A stretch of 64,000 nucleotides of DNA from Candidatus Sumerlaeia bacterium (GTDB taxonomy: Bacteria; Sumerlaeota; Sumerlaeia; SLMS01; JANRJK01). A program made the translations under genes and the position numbers. The stretch covers positions 96,001 through 160,000 of the forward strand of contig JANRJK010000023.1 in the NCBI GenBank assembly GCA_033764015.1, in the 5' to 3' direction. This document shows positions 33,177 to 42,689 of this stretch, in pieces. The notes beneath the pieces were generated by a model that had not been told where the DNA came from, made no database searches, and saw only the letters and a list, made by a program, of their open reading frames with translations. Positions within the stretch are counted from its first letter, which is position 1, and every line of letters starts with the position of its first letter.

Positions 33177-35726
33177 CTACCGGGTCGGGCCGTACAGGAA
33201 GCGCGGGGTGAGGGAGCGGATCTCCGACGGCTCGAACATGCCGAAGTTCGAGTCCTGGGTCGCGTCCTCGGAGGTGGCGCGGAGGAACACGCGCCCGGTG
33301 GCCGGCGAGGAGAGCATCTGCCCGGGCCCGCGGGGCGCCAGGCTCTTCTCGCGCCCGTCCCCCAACCGCACCCAGCCGGGTCCCGCGAAGTCGTACGCCT
33401 CGTACACGAGGCGCTGGTTCGTGCCCGGCTTGTCGTTCACCTCGAGCACGAGCGACTCGGGGCGCAGCACCACGCCGGCCGCCTCGGGCGGATCGAACGC
33501 GACCGTGAACGACGAGCGGTGGAACCGCACGCGGCCGAGCGCGTCGAATTCGAAGGTCGAGTTCGCCGCGGTGCCGAGCAGCCGGACCGAGGCCTCCGCG
33601 GAGCTCGGCCGCGGCAGCGGCAGGCGCACCAGCAGCACCGTCGCCTCGGAGCGCTCCGCGTCGGGGATGTCCGCGCGCAGCGCGGGCTCGCCGTCGTACG
33701 CCAACCCGATCAGCCACGCCCCGGAGGGATCGGTCTTGAAGGAGCTGGTGCCGCTCACGGGGGGGTAGAAGTAGGACTTCACCGCGACCGCGGCGTTGTA
33801 GCGGTTCAGTTGTCGCGCAGCCTCTTCGCCCTCGCCGGGGGGGAGCGCCATCTCGTTGAGGAGCGCCACGAGCGCCTTCGGCGCGGTCGACTCCGTGAGC
33901 GCGGCTTCGCCGCCGGCGGCGAGCGGCCCCAGCGCGTAGCTGTTCTCCGAAACGACGACGTACGCCTCGTCGAAGTCCATGCCGGTGCCGTTGCGCACGG
34001 CGCCTTCGAGGCGCGGCGGTCCGCCGGCGCCCGCTCCGCGCAGCTCCGCGGTCACGGCTCCGCCCAGCTCCGCGGGCCCGCGCTCCTGCAGCAGCGCCAC
34101 TTCGTACGGGCGGAGGCGCCAGGAGCGCACCAGGACCTCGCCGCCCTGCGCGACGATCTGGGGGGCCTCGCCCGACGCCGGCGCGACGTTCTGGCCGAAG
34201 GCTCCGAACATGCCCGTGGTGAAGCTGCGGCCGCCCTCGAAGGTGCTCCAGCGGCTCTCGTCCGAAAGCGTGGGGGCGGTGCCGGCGCCGAAGGCCGACA
34301 GGTTCAGCTCGTTCGGCGTGAAGACCGCCGCGGTGCGCCGCAGCGATCCGGTGGACTCGCCCGCCGCCGTCTCCAGCAGCGCCACTTCGCGGTGGATCGC
34401 GAGCCCGCCGCGCGTGAGCCGCCCCAGCCCGTAGATCAGCACCGAGAACACGATGACCAGGGCGGGGATCGTCCCCCACGCCAGCTCGTAGCGCTGGCGC
34501 TTGCCGAGCAGGTAGAAGTGCAGCGGGCCGATGACGATCGCGTACACCACGCAGATGAAGCTGATGATGAGGTAGTTCGGCGGGCTCCCCGCGTCGGCGG
34601 AAAGCACGCGCAGGCCGTCCGCCGCGTCCGGCGCGTCCGACTGCGTCCAGCCACGCTTGAGCGTGCCGACGTAGCTGAACCGGTGGTCCGCGAGGTTCGG
34701 CACCGGGAGCGCGCCGAACCACGCCGATGCCAGCCGCTGGTCCAGGTTTCGGCCGATCGTCTCCAGGTCGAACGCGAGGAAGTACAGCCAGCCCTTGCCG
34801 TGGCGCTCGCGGATGAAGAGCGGCTCGCCCGCCGCCGTCGCGAGCAGCACCTGCGCGGATGGATCGCGCGGCGTGATGCGGGAAGCGATGTAGGACTCCT
34901 CGCGCGTGTCCTCGCCGGCGAACTCGGGGCGGTTGTCCCGGCCGAGCTCTTCATAGGCGAGGCCCTGCTGCGTGGCGACCAGGCGGAAGCTGCCGTCCAG
35001 CGCGGCGGCCAGCAGCGGCGAGCCGTCCGGCGGGTACGAGCCCGTGTGGCGCCCCCCCAGCAGCACCAGGTGCCCGCCCATCGCGACCCAGTGCATCAGC
35101 GCCTCGCGCACGGGGGCGGTCAGCTTGCCCTCCTCCCACTGCGGCAGGACGAGCGCGTCGGCGCCGTCGTAGCCCGCCCAGTGGTCCGGCAGTGTGTCCA
35201 CGCCGAGCCGCGTCCGCGTCTCGTACTCGAGGTCCGAGCGCAGCCGCGGCAGTTGGAGCGAGGAGTTCCCGGCGTCGAGCGTCGCCACCAGCGTCCGCGA
35301 CTCGGAGATCGTCTGCAGCCCGTTCAGCGCGTAGGTGGAAAGGAGGCGCCCCGTGTCGGAGCGGAGCTCCAGCACCGGCGGGTTGGGGTTCGGATCCGTC
35401 GGGAACTTGGCGTAGACGAAGAAGACCTTGCTCGAGAAGCCGGGCACTTCGATGTCGCGCGAGAAGTCGAAGGCGGGCATCCCCTCCTCCTCCGGCGTCG
35501 AGCGGACGACCAGTCGCCCGGCAAAGTCGAGGTCGCGGTCCCCCGGCTTGCCCGAAGAGGGCTGGTTCGTCACGCGCACGATCACCGGGGTCCACGCGCC
35601 GGCGCGGAAGAAACCGTCGTAGCCCGCCTGCGGGAGCACCGTCAGGGCGCTCTGGGCGTGCGCCGCGGCGCTCCAGAGCGCGAGCAGCAGCGCGGCGGCG
35701 AGGATGCGTAGGGGCGTGGTTGTCAC
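33177..35726 (-). CDS. Large exported/membrane protein of unknown function
   Basis: Signal peptide, GATase-like segment (WVAMGGHLVLLG), internal TM pair. ATGA-type overlap with comEA. Confidence 0.7.
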   Translation of the reverse strand: MTTTPLRILAAALLLALWSAAAHAQSALTVLPQAGYDGFFRAGAWTPVIVRVTNQPSSGKPGDRDLDFAGRLVVRSTPEEEGMPAFDFSRDIEVPGFSSKVFFVYAKFPTDPNPNPPVLELRSDTGRLLSTYALNGLQTISESRTLVATLDAGNSSLQLPRLRSDLEYETRTRLGVDTLPDHWAGYDGADALVLPQWEEGKLTAPVREALMHWVAMGGHLVLLGGRHTGSYPPDGSPLLAAALDGSFRLVATQQGLAYEELGRDNRPEFAGEDTREESYIASRITPRDPSAQVLLATAAGEPLFIRERHGKGWLYFLAFDLETIGRNLDQRLASAWFGALPVPNLADHRFSYVGTLKRGWTQSDAPDAADGLRVLSADAGSPPNYLIISFICVVYAIVIGPLHFYLLGKRQRYELAWGTIPALVIVFSVLIYGLGRLTRGGLAIHREVALLETAAGESTGSLRRTAAVFTPNELNLSAFGAGTAPTLSDESRWSTFEGGRSFTTGMFGAFGQNVAPASGEAPQIVAQGGEVLVRSWRLRPYEVALLQERGPAELGGAVTAELRGAGAGGPPRLEGAVRNGTGMDFDEAYVVVSENSYALGPLAAGGEAALTESTAPKALVALLNEMALPPGEGEEAARQLNRYNAAVAVKSYFYPPVSGTSSFKTDPSGAWLIGLAYDGEPALRADIPDAERSEATVLLVRLPLPRPSSAEASVRLLGTAANSTFEFDALGRVRFHRSSFTVAFDPPEAAGVVLRPESLVLEVNDKPGTNQRLVYEAYDFAGPGWVRLGDGREKSLAPRGPGQMLSSPATGRVFLRATSEDATQDSNFGMFEPSEIRSLTPRFLYGPTR

Positions 35727-36424
35727 TCGTAGCTGATCCGGTCCCGGTTCTCTTCGATGATCTTAGGCCCGATGCCCTTGACCGCAAGCAAGTCCCGTTC
35801 TCCGCGGATCGGTCCGCGCTGCCGCCGGTGCTCGACGATCCGGGCGGCGAGCGCCGGGCCGATCCCCGCGAGCGCCTCCAGCTCCGCGGCCGACGCGCGG
35901 TTCACCGCGATGCGCGCCCCGCCCTTCGCCGCGGGCGCTGGGGCCGGCGCTGCGGGCGGCTCGGCGGCGCCGAACGACAGGTAGGGCCGCAGCCGCTCGA
36001 CCGTCTTCGGGCCGATGCCCGACACCCGGTCCAAATCCTCCGCGCTGCGGAACGGCCCCTTCGCGGCGCGGTCGTCCAGGATCGCCCTCGCCTTCGCCGG
36101 CCCGATGCCGGGGAGCGTTTCGAGCAGCTTCTGGTCCGCGGTGTTCACGTCGATCAAGCCCCCGGCGGAGGCCGGCTGCGCGGCAGCGGCGTCCACGGCG
36201 GCTGGGGTGGCCGCCTGCCCTTGCGGGGGAGCCTGGAATCCGGGCGCCAAGCGCGGCGGCGCGGCGGCGGGCGGCGCGGGCGTGGCGGTCGGGCGGGGAG
36301 CGGCGGCGATCACCGGCGCCTCCGCGGCGGGGCGCTCGTACCAGCGGCCAAGGACGATGCCGGCGAGAATCGCCAGCCCGATCCCCGCGGCGAAGCGCCA
36401 CTCGCGTCCGCTGCGACCGGGCAC
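35723..36424 (-). CDS. comEA: ComEA-family DNA receptor with two HhH domains
   Basis: TM, Pro/Ala linker, IDVNTAD...LPGIGPAKA..., second VNRASAAELEALAGIGP...VKGIG. Confidence 0.88.
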   Translation of the reverse strand: MPGRSGREWRFAAGIGLAILAGIVLGRWYERPAAEAPVIAAAPRPTATPAPPAAAPPRLAPGFQAPPQGQAATPAAVDAAAAQPASAGGLIDVNTADQKLLETLPGIGPAKARAILDDRAAKGPFRSAEDLDRVSGIGPKTVERLRPYLSFGAAEPPAAPAPAPAAKGGARIAVNRASAAELEALAGIGPALAARIVEHRRQRGPIRGERDLLAVKGIGPKIIEENRDRISYE

Positions 36425-36443
36425 CGGAGGCGGCGGCTCCCGG

Positions 36444-38177
36444 TCAGACCGGCGGCGGGCCGCTCGTGAGCCGGTTCGGCGCCGACACGGAGCGTTCCAG
36501 GATGTTCTCGAGTTGCTGCTGCACCATGCCGGTCGTCGAAAGCCGGTTGGCGCGGATGTCCTCGACCACCTGCGCCAGCTCCGGCAGCAGCGCGCTCGAT
36601 GGCGACGCGCCGAGCGCCGGGTTGCTCTTCATCTGCGACTCGGAGGTCTTCACGAGGTGGTCGATGATGCCCGCGAGCGCCTCGAGGTCGCGGCGGAACC
36701 AGCTCACCGATTCGCCGCTGTTCGCCAGGTACGCCTCGGGGCGCGTGTCGTCGCCGCCGCCGAGCGCGAACGCCAAGGGCGCGATGTTCGAAAGCTTCAG
36801 CCGCTGGTCGTGCCCGATCAGGATGTTCACGTACTCGACATCGCCGTGCGGGACCCCGTGGCGGTGGAAGGCGTCGAGCGCGTAGGTGATCTGGAGCGCC
36901 ATGCGCGAAAGCAGCGGCACGCCGATCGCCGGCAGCCGCGCGATGAAGTCGCGCAGGTTGCCGCCGGGGAGGAACTCGTACACCACGCGCAGCAGCTGCG
37001 CGTCCCGGTCCGCGTACACAAGCTTGCAGATGTTCGGGTGGTTGATCTCGGCGATCACCTTCATGCGCTGGTCGATCGCGCCGAGGTGCGCGCTCATCTC
37101 CGGCGTGATCGCGAAGATGCGCAGCAGCACCGGGATGTCCAGGATCCGGTCCTGCGCGGCGAAGGACGCGACGTTCTCCAGCGCGGTCATCGGGCGCTCG
37201 AAGGAGAACCGCGCCGCGAAATTCGTCAGCGAGCGCACGCTGGTCGGCGTGCCGACCACTTCCTTCCCGAGCGCAACGTGCCCCACGATCGCCTTGTGCG
37301 TGCGCGACGCCACGGACGGGTCCGCGCTCCCTTCCTGGTGGATCGGGATCGGAGTCGGGTCGGTCGAGGTGGACGCTTTGCGCAGGCGCGCCTTTTCCGA
37401 AAGGTACTTCTGCCGGGTGAGGACGGACGCCAGCGCATCGTTCTGCTCGAGGGCCCGGCGGTAGCATTTGTCCGCCAGGTCGTCGCGGCCCGCCGCCTCG
37501 AACCGGAGGCCGACGATCTCGAAAAAGCGCGCGCCCGCCTTCAGCTCGCCCACGTCGCCGCCCACCGCTTCCACCAATTCCTGCGCCTCGCGGATCCGGC
37601 CCAGGTCGAGCAGCATCTCCAGCAGTTCCAGCCGCAGCGGCTCCTCGCCCGGGTTCGCCCGCAGCGCCGCGGAGAAATGGTCGGCCGCCTGGCGCCGCTG
37701 GCCGATGCTGCGGTGCAGCCGCGCCGCCTCGACATGCGCCTGCGCCCGCTCGAAGCAGTCCAGCGCGCGGCGGATGTCCCCGCGCCGCATCCACATCTCG
37801 CCCGCCTTGCGCGGGTCCCGCTCCTCCACCTCCGCCGCGGCCTGCGGCGAAGGGATCTCGTCCACGGAAATGGGGATCGCCGACGTGGAAGAGAGATAGC
37901 CGCGCAGATCCAGGTCCGACTGCGTGACGCGCTCCTCGACCTCCATCGACACCTTGGGGCGGATCGGCTTCATCGGGGCGGTGGCTTCCTCCGCCGTCGT
38001 CTCCCGCCCGCGCCCGTACATCACGGGGCCCGGCGCCATCGGCGCCTCCGCCTCCTGCGATTTGTCGCGGATCCGCAGCACCAGCCAGATGGCCAGCAGC
38101 AACGCCATCCCCACGGATCCCGCGAGGAAGCCGTTCGAGGTCAGGTACTCGAGGTCCAAGGCCAGCAGCTCAATCAA
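36444..38177 (-). CDS. Membrane-anchored TPR + degenerate protein kinase domain
   Basis: TM, TPR-like helices, HPNIC, EFLPGGNL, HGDV..NIL. Start uncertain. Confidence 0.7.
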   Translation of the reverse strand: MIELLALDLEYLTSNGFLAGSVGMALLLAIWLVLRIRDKSQEAEAPMAPGPVMYGRGRETTAEEATAPMKPIRPKVSMEVEERVTQSDLDLRGYLSSTSAIPISVDEIPSPQAAAEVEERDPRKAGEMWMRRGDIRRALDCFERAQAHVEAARLHRSIGQRRQAADHFSAALRANPGEEPLRLELLEMLLDLGRIREAQELVEAVGGDVGELKAGARFFEIVGLRFEAAGRDDLADKCYRRALEQNDALASVLTRQKYLSEKARLRKASTSTDPTPIPIHQEGSADPSVASRTHKAIVGHVALGKEVVGTPTSVRSLTNFAARFSFERPMTALENVASFAAQDRILDIPVLLRIFAITPEMSAHLGAIDQRMKVIAEINHPNICKLVYADRDAQLLRVVYEFLPGGNLRDFIARLPAIGVPLLSRMALQITYALDAFHRHGVPHGDVEYVNILIGHDQRLKLSNIAPLAFALGGGDDTRPEAYLANSGESVSWFRRDLEALAGIIDHLVKTSESQMKSNPALGASPSSALLPELAQVVEDIRANRLSTTGMVQQQLENILERSVSAPNRLTSGPPPV

Positions 38178-38442
38178 TCTCGCGCGCTCGCACCGGTGCG
38201 GAAGTGTCCCTCGGCGCGGCGTGTGTGGGGTCCGCGCGGAAATGCGTGCCAGACTTATCGGGAGATTCCGGCACGCGCGCAAGCCCGCAACACCGGGCCG
38301 CCCGGAAAAACCTGAAGAGGCTAGTCGTCACAATGGTCTGTGCAATCCCTTGGAACACCGCCCGACGCAAGCCTGATCGCGCGCCCAGCGCCGACGGAAG
38401 CGAAACAGGCGGCCGCGAACCACGGCCGGGGGGAGGGAGGAA

Positions 38443-38489
38443 TGGTACCGGAAGTGGGATTCGAACCCACGACCCCCAGATCCACAATC
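38443..38489 (-). tRNA. tRNA-His(GTG) 3' half only (attR-like fragment)
   Basis: Minus strand GATTGTGGATCTGGGGGTCGTGGGTTCGAATCCCACTTCCGGTACCA: anticodon loop, T-arm and CCA present; D-arm and 5' acceptor strand absent. Confidence 0.85.
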
Positions 38490-38687
38490 ATTCGGGTCGC
38501 CCGCTGACGAGACTGATCTGGGAACTGGTTTAAAACGACTTACCGAGAGGCGGGACACGCTGGCGCATCGTCGCGACACACTCGGGAACGGTCGGATTTG
38601 CCACTTTCCCGCAACCCTTCGGCGGCGGGGATGGCGGCGTTTCCGCGCGATGATGCGCAGGGGCGCAAAGTGTGGTTCAATAGCCCC

Positions 38688-38900
38688 ATGGAATTCGATC
38701 CGTCAGACCCGTTGCCCACCAAGGAGCAGGTCCGCGCAAAGGTGTCGCGCGGGACGCGTAAGCTGATCGACGCGGCGGCGGCGATCCGCGACACGCCCGA
38801 CGTGGTGAAGGCCGAGGCGCTCGGGTTCTCGACCCGCGTGCTGGTGCAGGCTGGCTGACTGCACCGCGACTCTCTAGGCACCCCACCCGCGCTGACCCTT
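38688..38900 (+). pseudogene. Fragment of plasmid replication initiator (RepA_C/IncW-like)
   Basis: KLIDAAAAIR...ALGFSTRVLVQAG*LHRD resembles the LGF..R.LVQ..LPH.D motif. In-frame TGA at 38856-38858. Confidence 0.55.
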
Positions 38901-39260
38901 CGTCACGAAACCGGGGCGGAGGTGGCGGTTCCTTCGCGGCTCGCGATGGAGTGAGTGACCCCGCCAAATCCTGCCACCGATCAACCGAAGCCATGGGTGG
39001 GACGTCCGAATCGACTTCTTTGTCCGCGGACTCCGGGTTCGGCCCTCCGTGGTTCCGCGCCTCGTAAGGCGGCGAGGGCGTCCAACGGGAGCCCGGCCCT
39101 CGCCCGCGCCCGCTAACGGAAGCGGCGAGCGACCGAAACAGGGCTGGGATCAAACAGCGAGTCGCCCAATCAGCCTCGGTGGCCGCCCCCGGATCGGTCC
39201 GGAACGCCATCCTCTTCCGCGGGTTCCCTCTACGGAGTCTTCGGCGCCACGGCGAAAAGA

Positions 39261-39274
39261 TGTTATCGTGAGCA
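39261..39274. promoter_or_regulatory. LacI-type operator
   Basis: TGTTATCGTGAGCA, flanked by GA..TC; matches local consensus TGTTATCGWTAACA. Confidence 0.55.
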
Positions 39275-39451
39275 TCAAGATCGTGATCGAGCCATTGCCG
39301 CCCAGGGTGGTCGCTGCGTACCTCGGAAGGAGAACGCCCGCCTTTTACGCCTTTTTTTGCGGAAAAATTCGATTCCCCCTCTTCCCGTGACCAATCGAGC
39401 GGCCGCTTAGAAAACGCTTGCTTCGCAAGTCAAGAAAGCGCTTACTCCCTG

Positions 39452-39465
39452 TGCTATCGATAGCG
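39452..39465. promoter_or_regulatory. LacI-type operator
   Basis: TGCTATCGATAGCG with perfect core palindrome GCTATCGATAGC. Confidence 0.6.
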
Positions 39466-39610
39466 TTGCCGGCCTGCCATGCCGGAGCTCACGACGGCAA
39501 AGCAAACAGCGAGGGCCGCGCCCACTGGGTCGCGGAGCACCCGCGACGAGGTGGGCTCCGCGGCCCCGGTCCTCGGAAAACCAGTCACTCTCTGACCAGA
39601 AAGGCGAACG

Positions 39611-42103
39611 ATGAAAAAGCTGATTACAATCGCAGTGGCAGTGCTTCTGCTCGGGTCTTCCGCCCAAGCGCAGATCGTCAGCAACGGGACGTTCGACAGC
39701 GCCGCAGGCTGGACAACGTTCCAGATCTTTGGCGCCCCGGGAACGGTCACGTTCAATTACACCGGCGCCCGACCCTCCGCGTCGGCCACTGGCGGCGCGA
39801 GCACCGGAGGCGTCCTGCGCTTCCAGCTCCCCGCCGGCGATACCGGAGTGGGCGTCTACACCCCGGTGACGCTGACGGGCGGTAACACCTACGAACTCGA
39901 CGGCCTCGCAAGGGCGGTCTCCCACACGGCCGCCTCGAACTGGTTCGAGGGGTTCCTTACCTCCTCCGAGCCGGTCGCGGGCGTTGACGTCACGGCGACC
40001 CGCCTTGCGCAGCTCAACTCGTGGGCCTGCATCAACTTCGACTCGACGTTTCTCTCCTGCGAGACGCTGACCAACCCCGGAAACGGCGGCGGACAGTTCA
40101 CGATCCCGGGGACCGGTTCGCAGACGTGGTACCTGGTCCTCAAGTCGGGCACCTGCTGCGGCGGCGGAGCGGCGGATATCGTCGTCGACACCGTCACGCT
40201 GACCGACCTCGGTGCGGGCACGACGTACGACGCCCCGCCGACCTCTCTCGTTGAGAGTTTCGACGATGGCGACGACCAGAACAACTACGGCGGCTTCTAC
40301 CGCGCCTTCGCTGGTGGCGATCCGGGTGGTGTGTTCACGCCGCAGGACGCCAGCATGACGGCCGTCTCGGTCGACGCCCAAGGATTCACGGGCGCTCCGG
40401 GCGACCGCGCGCTGCACGTATTCGCTTCCACGCCGCTACAGGGGCAGTCGTTCATCTACTACGGCGGCGTCCTCAGCCTCAGCCCCCTCGAAAACATCGG
40501 CCAAAACCTTGGCCTCCTCTCGGCCCTCGAGTTCGACATCAAGCTCGGCAACGCCTCGTCCACCCGCGACTGGGTGGTGCGCATCGAGGACACGAGCGGC
40601 ACCGCTCCGGAGAACTTCACCTACGTCGACATCGAGCCGTTCCTCGTGGCGGCCGGCGGGACGAACTACGCATCGGTAAGCATTCCGCTGTCGGAGTTCG
40701 CCCTTGCCAACGCCGACGGCGGCACGGTCGCGCCGAATCTCGCGACCGCGAAGGTGATCTCGCTTGTCGTCCAGAACACCGCGCTTCTCGCCACCACCCC
40801 CGACATCTACATCGACAACTTCACGCTCGTTGGAACGGGTGGCCCGACGTACGACTCACCGCCGACCCCGCTCTCCGAGAATTTCAACGACGGCAATGAT
40901 CGCAACAACTACGGCGGCCAGTACGCCGGCTTCGCCGGCGGCGACCCGGGCGGCGTCTTCACCGGCCAGGATTTCGCGATGACCGCAGCCTCCGAAGATA
41001 GCCAGGGAACGACCGGCGTCGCCGGCGACCGGGCGCTCCACATCTTCGCCAACACGCCGCTCCAGGGTCAGAACTTCATCTACTACGGCGCCGCCCTCGC
41101 CCTCTCCGACACGGGCGTCGTCGAGCGAAACCTGACGACATTCACGAACCTCGAGTTCGACATCAAGCTCGGCAACGCCAGCTCGACGAAGGACTGGGTG
41201 GTTCGCATCGAGGACACGACGGGAACTCTGGGCGAGAACTACCACTACATCGACATCGAGCCGCTCCTGGTCGCCTCGGGGACTGGATACAACTCGATCT
41301 CGATTCCCCTCGCCGACCTCGTCTCGACGCCGGACGGCGGCACCGTGGCCCCCGACCTGAGCCGCGCGAAGAACATCATTATCACGGTGCAGGACGTGAA
41401 CGCGCTGGCCACCACACCGGACATCTACATCGACAACCTTCGCCTCACCGGCTCCGGGCCGACCTACGACTCGCCGCCCACGGAGCTTGTGGAAGACTTC
41501 GACGACAACGACGACCGGAACAATTACGGCGGCCTCTACCGCGCCTTCGCCGGCGGCGACCCGGGTGGCAACTTCGCAACGCAGGACGCCAGCATGACGG
41601 CTACCTCGGTGAACATGGAAGGGATCTCCGGCACAGACGGCGACTACGCGATGCACTTCTTTGCCAGCACGCCGATCCAGGGCCAGTCGTTCACCTACTA
41701 TGGCGGCGTCATCAGCCTCAGCCCCGGCGAAAACATCGGCCAGGACTTGACCAGCTTCACGGTCCTCAACTTCGACATCAAGCTCGGCACAGCCTCGTCG
41801 ACCAAGGACTGGGTCGTCCGACTTGAAGACACGTCGGCAACCCTTCCGCAAAACTTCCAGTACGTCGACCTCGAACCGCTCCTCACCGCGGCGGGAACCG
41901 GCTACAACAGCATCAGCATCCCTCTGGCGGACTTCGTCTCGAACGCGGACGGTGGCACCACCGCGCCGAATCTCAGCGCCGTCAAGGTGATCTCGATCGT
42001 CGGGCAGGACGGGGCGCTGCTAGTCACGGACCCGGACATCTACATCGATAACGTCGCGCTCCGCGGCGCGGCGGCTGCATCCAACTGGCAGTACTACGAG
42101 TAA
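39611..42103 (+). CDS. Secreted non-catalytic protein with three tandem ~205-aa CBM-like repeats and aromatic C-tail
   Basis: Signal peptide (AQA|Q). Repeats start at 40223, 40847 and 41462 (TYDxPPT..E.FxD.xDxNNYGG ... PDIYIDN). Ends ASNWQYYE. Confidence 0.85.
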   Translation: MKKLITIAVAVLLLGSSAQAQIVSNGTFDSAAGWTTFQIFGAPGTVTFNYTGARPSASATGGASTGGVLRFQLPAGDTGVGVYTPVTLTGGNTYELDGLARAVSHTAASNWFEGFLTSSEPVAGVDVTATRLAQLNSWACINFDSTFLSCETLTNPGNGGGQFTIPGTGSQTWYLVLKSGTCCGGGAADIVVDTVTLTDLGAGTTYDAPPTSLVESFDDGDDQNNYGGFYRAFAGGDPGGVFTPQDASMTAVSVDAQGFTGAPGDRALHVFASTPLQGQSFIYYGGVLSLSPLENIGQNLGLLSALEFDIKLGNASSTRDWVVRIEDTSGTAPENFTYVDIEPFLVAAGGTNYASVSIPLSEFALANADGGTVAPNLATAKVISLVVQNTALLATTPDIYIDNFTLVGTGGPTYDSPPTPLSENFNDGNDRNNYGGQYAGFAGGDPGGVFTGQDFAMTAASEDSQGTTGVAGDRALHIFANTPLQGQNFIYYGAALALSDTGVVERNLTTFTNLEFDIKLGNASSTKDWVVRIEDTTGTLGENYHYIDIEPLLVASGTGYNSISIPLADLVSTPDGGTVAPDLSRAKNIIITVQDVNALATTPDIYIDNLRLTGSGPTYDSPPTELVEDFDDNDDRNNYGGLYRAFAGGDPGGNFATQDASMTATSVNMEGISGTDGDYAMHFFASTPIQGQSFTYYGGVISLSPGENIGQDLTSFTVLNFDIKLGTASSTKDWVVRLEDTSATLPQNFQYVDLEPLLTAAGTGYNSISIPLADFVSNADGGTTAPNLSAVKVISIVGQDGALLVTDPDIYIDNVALRGAAAASNWQYYE

Positions 42104-42122
42104 GGCCAGCCGTTCAAGCCCC

Positions 42123-42572
42123 TCACCACCACAACTCCACCAAGGGCCGGGCGGCGCGAGCTGCCCGGCCTTTTCTTTTGTCCCCACGCTTCAAGGGTAT
42201 CGTCGACCGAGGGGTGTTGGCAGTGACTTCGCGCGAGAGTGGCAGTTCCATCAGGGTCGGAGGTATAGGCTCGTCCAGACCTGGCGGGAAAGTGGCCGAT
42301 ACGAGTTCCACTGCCTCCTGTCTGGAAACGGTCCCGGTCGCAACCTGCCTAGATACCCGGCGGACGGTCACACCAGTCACCCGCAGACCGGTTGATCTGG
42401 CGAGCCGTGCGTCGCTATGGGTGATGGACTGAATGAGCGGGTTCCCGGCGAAGCGGCGCCTCTCTGTGGGGCTGCCAATCGAGATCCCTTCGACGCTGTA
42501 GCGCTGGGCCGACAGGAGGAGTCCGACGGCGAGCAGGACGAAGAGCGGCGCGGCCGCTTCCGGTAGGAGCAT
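42123..42572 (-). CDS. Hypothetical protein (doubtful)
   Basis: ORF with hydrophobic N-terminus, no recognised motif; runs through the terminator. Confidence 0.25.
   Translation of the reverse strand: MLLPEAAAPLFVLLAVGLLLSAQRYSVEGISIGSPTERRRFAGNPLIQSITHSDARLARSTGLRVTGVTVRRVSRQVATGTVSRQEAVELVSATFPPGLDEPIPPTLMELPLSREVTANTPRSTIPLKRGDKRKGRAARAARPLVELWW
42143..42179 (+). terminator. Rho-independent terminator
   Basis: GGCCGGGCGGC-GCGA-GCTGCCCGGCC followed by TTTTCTTTT. Confidence 0.85.
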
Positions 42573-42689
42573 CCCGGTGCCGCCGCGATGGCCGCCCGGG
42601 GGGCTCGTCCCGCCCTCCTGCGAATTCCGGGCGGGAAGGGCGCCTACCTGGGTGATGCTACGAGTGGAGTGAATCCCGATGCAGCGGCG

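Noticed and set aside
38443..38520. Full-length or intron-split tRNA-His
   Set aside because: No D-arm or 5' acceptor strand found adjacent or in the following ~1 kb.
38856..38858. TGA as selenocysteine or readthrough in the repA-like ORF
   Set aside because: Position does not correspond to a Cys and similarity fades soon after. Pseudogene is the simpler reading.
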